Shown: positions 23,062 through 24,000 of the stretch, piece by piece
Layout of the letters: each line of letters begins with the position of its first letter
How positions within the stretch are numbered: the stretch's first letter is position 1
NCBI RefSeq assembly: GCF_964049315.1
Contig: NZ_OZ040208.1
Reading direction: 5' to 3' (one strand)
Length of the DNA: 24,000 nt
Origin: Escherichia coli
GTDB lineage: Bacteria; Pseudomonadota; Gammaproteobacteria; Enterobacterales; Enterobacteriaceae
Notes under the pieces: generated by a model
What the model was told of the DNA's origin: nothing
What the model saw: only the letters and a program-made list of their open reading frames with translations
Databases searched by the model: none
Translations under genes and position numbers: made by a program

Positions 23062-23325
23062 CTACAACTGGCGGGATGTATAGCGAATATAATTTGTATT
23101 TTGCGTGGCATTCCGTGCCTTTAACGCTACCGTGACTGCCACGCGGTATAAAACAAGTCCATAAGTACAACAAATAAATGGTTTATCAGTATGTTAGATA
23201 TCAATCAATTTATTTGAACAAGGTGGTCAATTCTCTTCGATTTTATCTCTCGTAAAAAAACGTGATACTCATCACATCGACGAAACAACGTCACTTATAC
23301 AAAAATCACCTGCGAGAGATTAATT

Positions 23326-23586
23326 ATGAAAACTATCAATACTGTTGTTGCTGCTATGGCTCTTTCAACTCTGTCATTTGGCGTGTTCGCGGCGGAACCG
23401 GTAACGGCATCCCAGGCACAGAACATGAATAAAATCGGCGTGGTTTCTGCCGATGGCGCATCCACCCTCGATGCCCTGGAAGCGAAACTGGCTGAGAAAG
23501 CCGCGGCGGCCGGTGCCAGTGGATACAGCATCACTTCTGCCACCAACAACAATAAATTAAGCGGTACTGCGGTAATTTATAAGTAA
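23326..23586 (+). CDS. ybiJ: YhcN/DUF1471 family periplasmic protein, 86 aa
   Basis: Signal peptide MKTINTVVAAMALSTLSFGVFAAE and LEAKLAEKAAAAGASGYSITSA...GTAVIYK, paralogous to McbA. Confidence 0.93.
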   Translation: MKTINTVVAAMALSTLSFGVFAAEPVTASQAQNMNKIGVVSADGASTLDALEAKLAEKAAAAGASGYSITSATNNNKLSGTAVIYK

Positions 23587-23696
23587 TTCGTAAGCTGGAT
23601 CAGGCGTTTACGCTACGTTCAGCACAAGTATTTCCCTGTCTGTTTGCCGACAGACGCATATGCTCTAACCCTCATGATCCTATGTTACCCTTGTTT

Positions 23697-23725
23697 GCCC
23701 GTCCGCCACTGGACGGGCTTTTTTT
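23697..23725 (+). terminator. Rho-independent terminator after ybiJ (gcccgtcc-gccact-ggacgggc-ttttttt)
   Basis: 8-bp perfect GC-rich stem and seven T residues. The T tract overlaps the ybiC stop codon on the opposite strand. Confidence 0.9.
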
Positions 23726-24000
23726 AGCTGGCTAGCTGCTGACAGAAAGCCTGCAACGTCTCTTCCGGCATACCAATCTGCCGCGCCGCATCACAAATGG
23801 CCTGCCAGCTTCCCGCATCCAGTGGAATCCCCTGCTCCTGCCGTTCGCGACGCGTGTTCACTTCCCACTCGCCCGGTAGCAAAATCGGCTTATCGTCATC
23901 ATGCGGCGAGGCTTTCACCCACTCGGCAAAGGCTTCGGTCTGCGCACTACAATCCGGCGCGCCGAACAGTTCCGGGTTGATAATGATAGTGGTCATGCAG
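23724..24000 (-). CDS. ybiC: C-terminal part of a malate/lactate (hydroxycarboxylate) dehydrogenase family protein, truncated by the window end
   Basis: Minus-strand frame open through the edge (C-MTTIIINPELFGAPDCSAQTEAFAEWVKASPHDDDKPILLPGEWE...). The Met at 23994-23996 is internal, not a start. Confidence 0.9.
   Translation of the reverse strand, partial: CMTTIIINPELFGAPDCSAQTEAFAEWVKASPHDDDKPILLPGEWEVNTRRERQEQGIPLDAGSWQAICDAARQIGMPEETLQAFCQQLAS

Noticed and set aside
23994-23996. ATG as start of a separate 90-aa protein
   Set aside because: The frame stays open to the window edge and the sequence matches the C-terminus of YbiC, so this is an internal Met.

Overview
This 24 kb window looks like an ordinary Escherichia chromosomal core segment (E. 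coli or a very close relative), read opposite to the usual K-12 orientation. Gene order along + is: ybiY 3' end, ybiW, ybiV, ybiT(-), ldtB/ybiS, ybiR(-), mntR(-), mntS, opgE/ybiP, ompX(-), rhtA, dps, glnH-glnP-glnQ, ybiO, rlmF(-), mcbA/ybiM, fiu, ybiX, ybiI, ybiJ and ybiC(-, truncated by the window edge). Nearly every long ORF is explained by a recognisable gene. I see no phage, transposon, CRISPR, tRNA or rRNA, and nothing I would call a new biological system. The points worth a second look are local. ybiU, expected between ybiV and ybiT from K-12 gene order, is absent, and a short interval with REP-like palindromes sits there instead. The 42-codon mntS gene is missing from the ORF track and has an MntR-like dyad upstream. 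A perfect 26-bp palindrome follows rhtA. A strong terminator-like hairpin sits just before the ybiX start codon. A hairpin element lies inside the glnHPQ operon. Gene identities come from recalled protein sequences and gene order, not from a database search.
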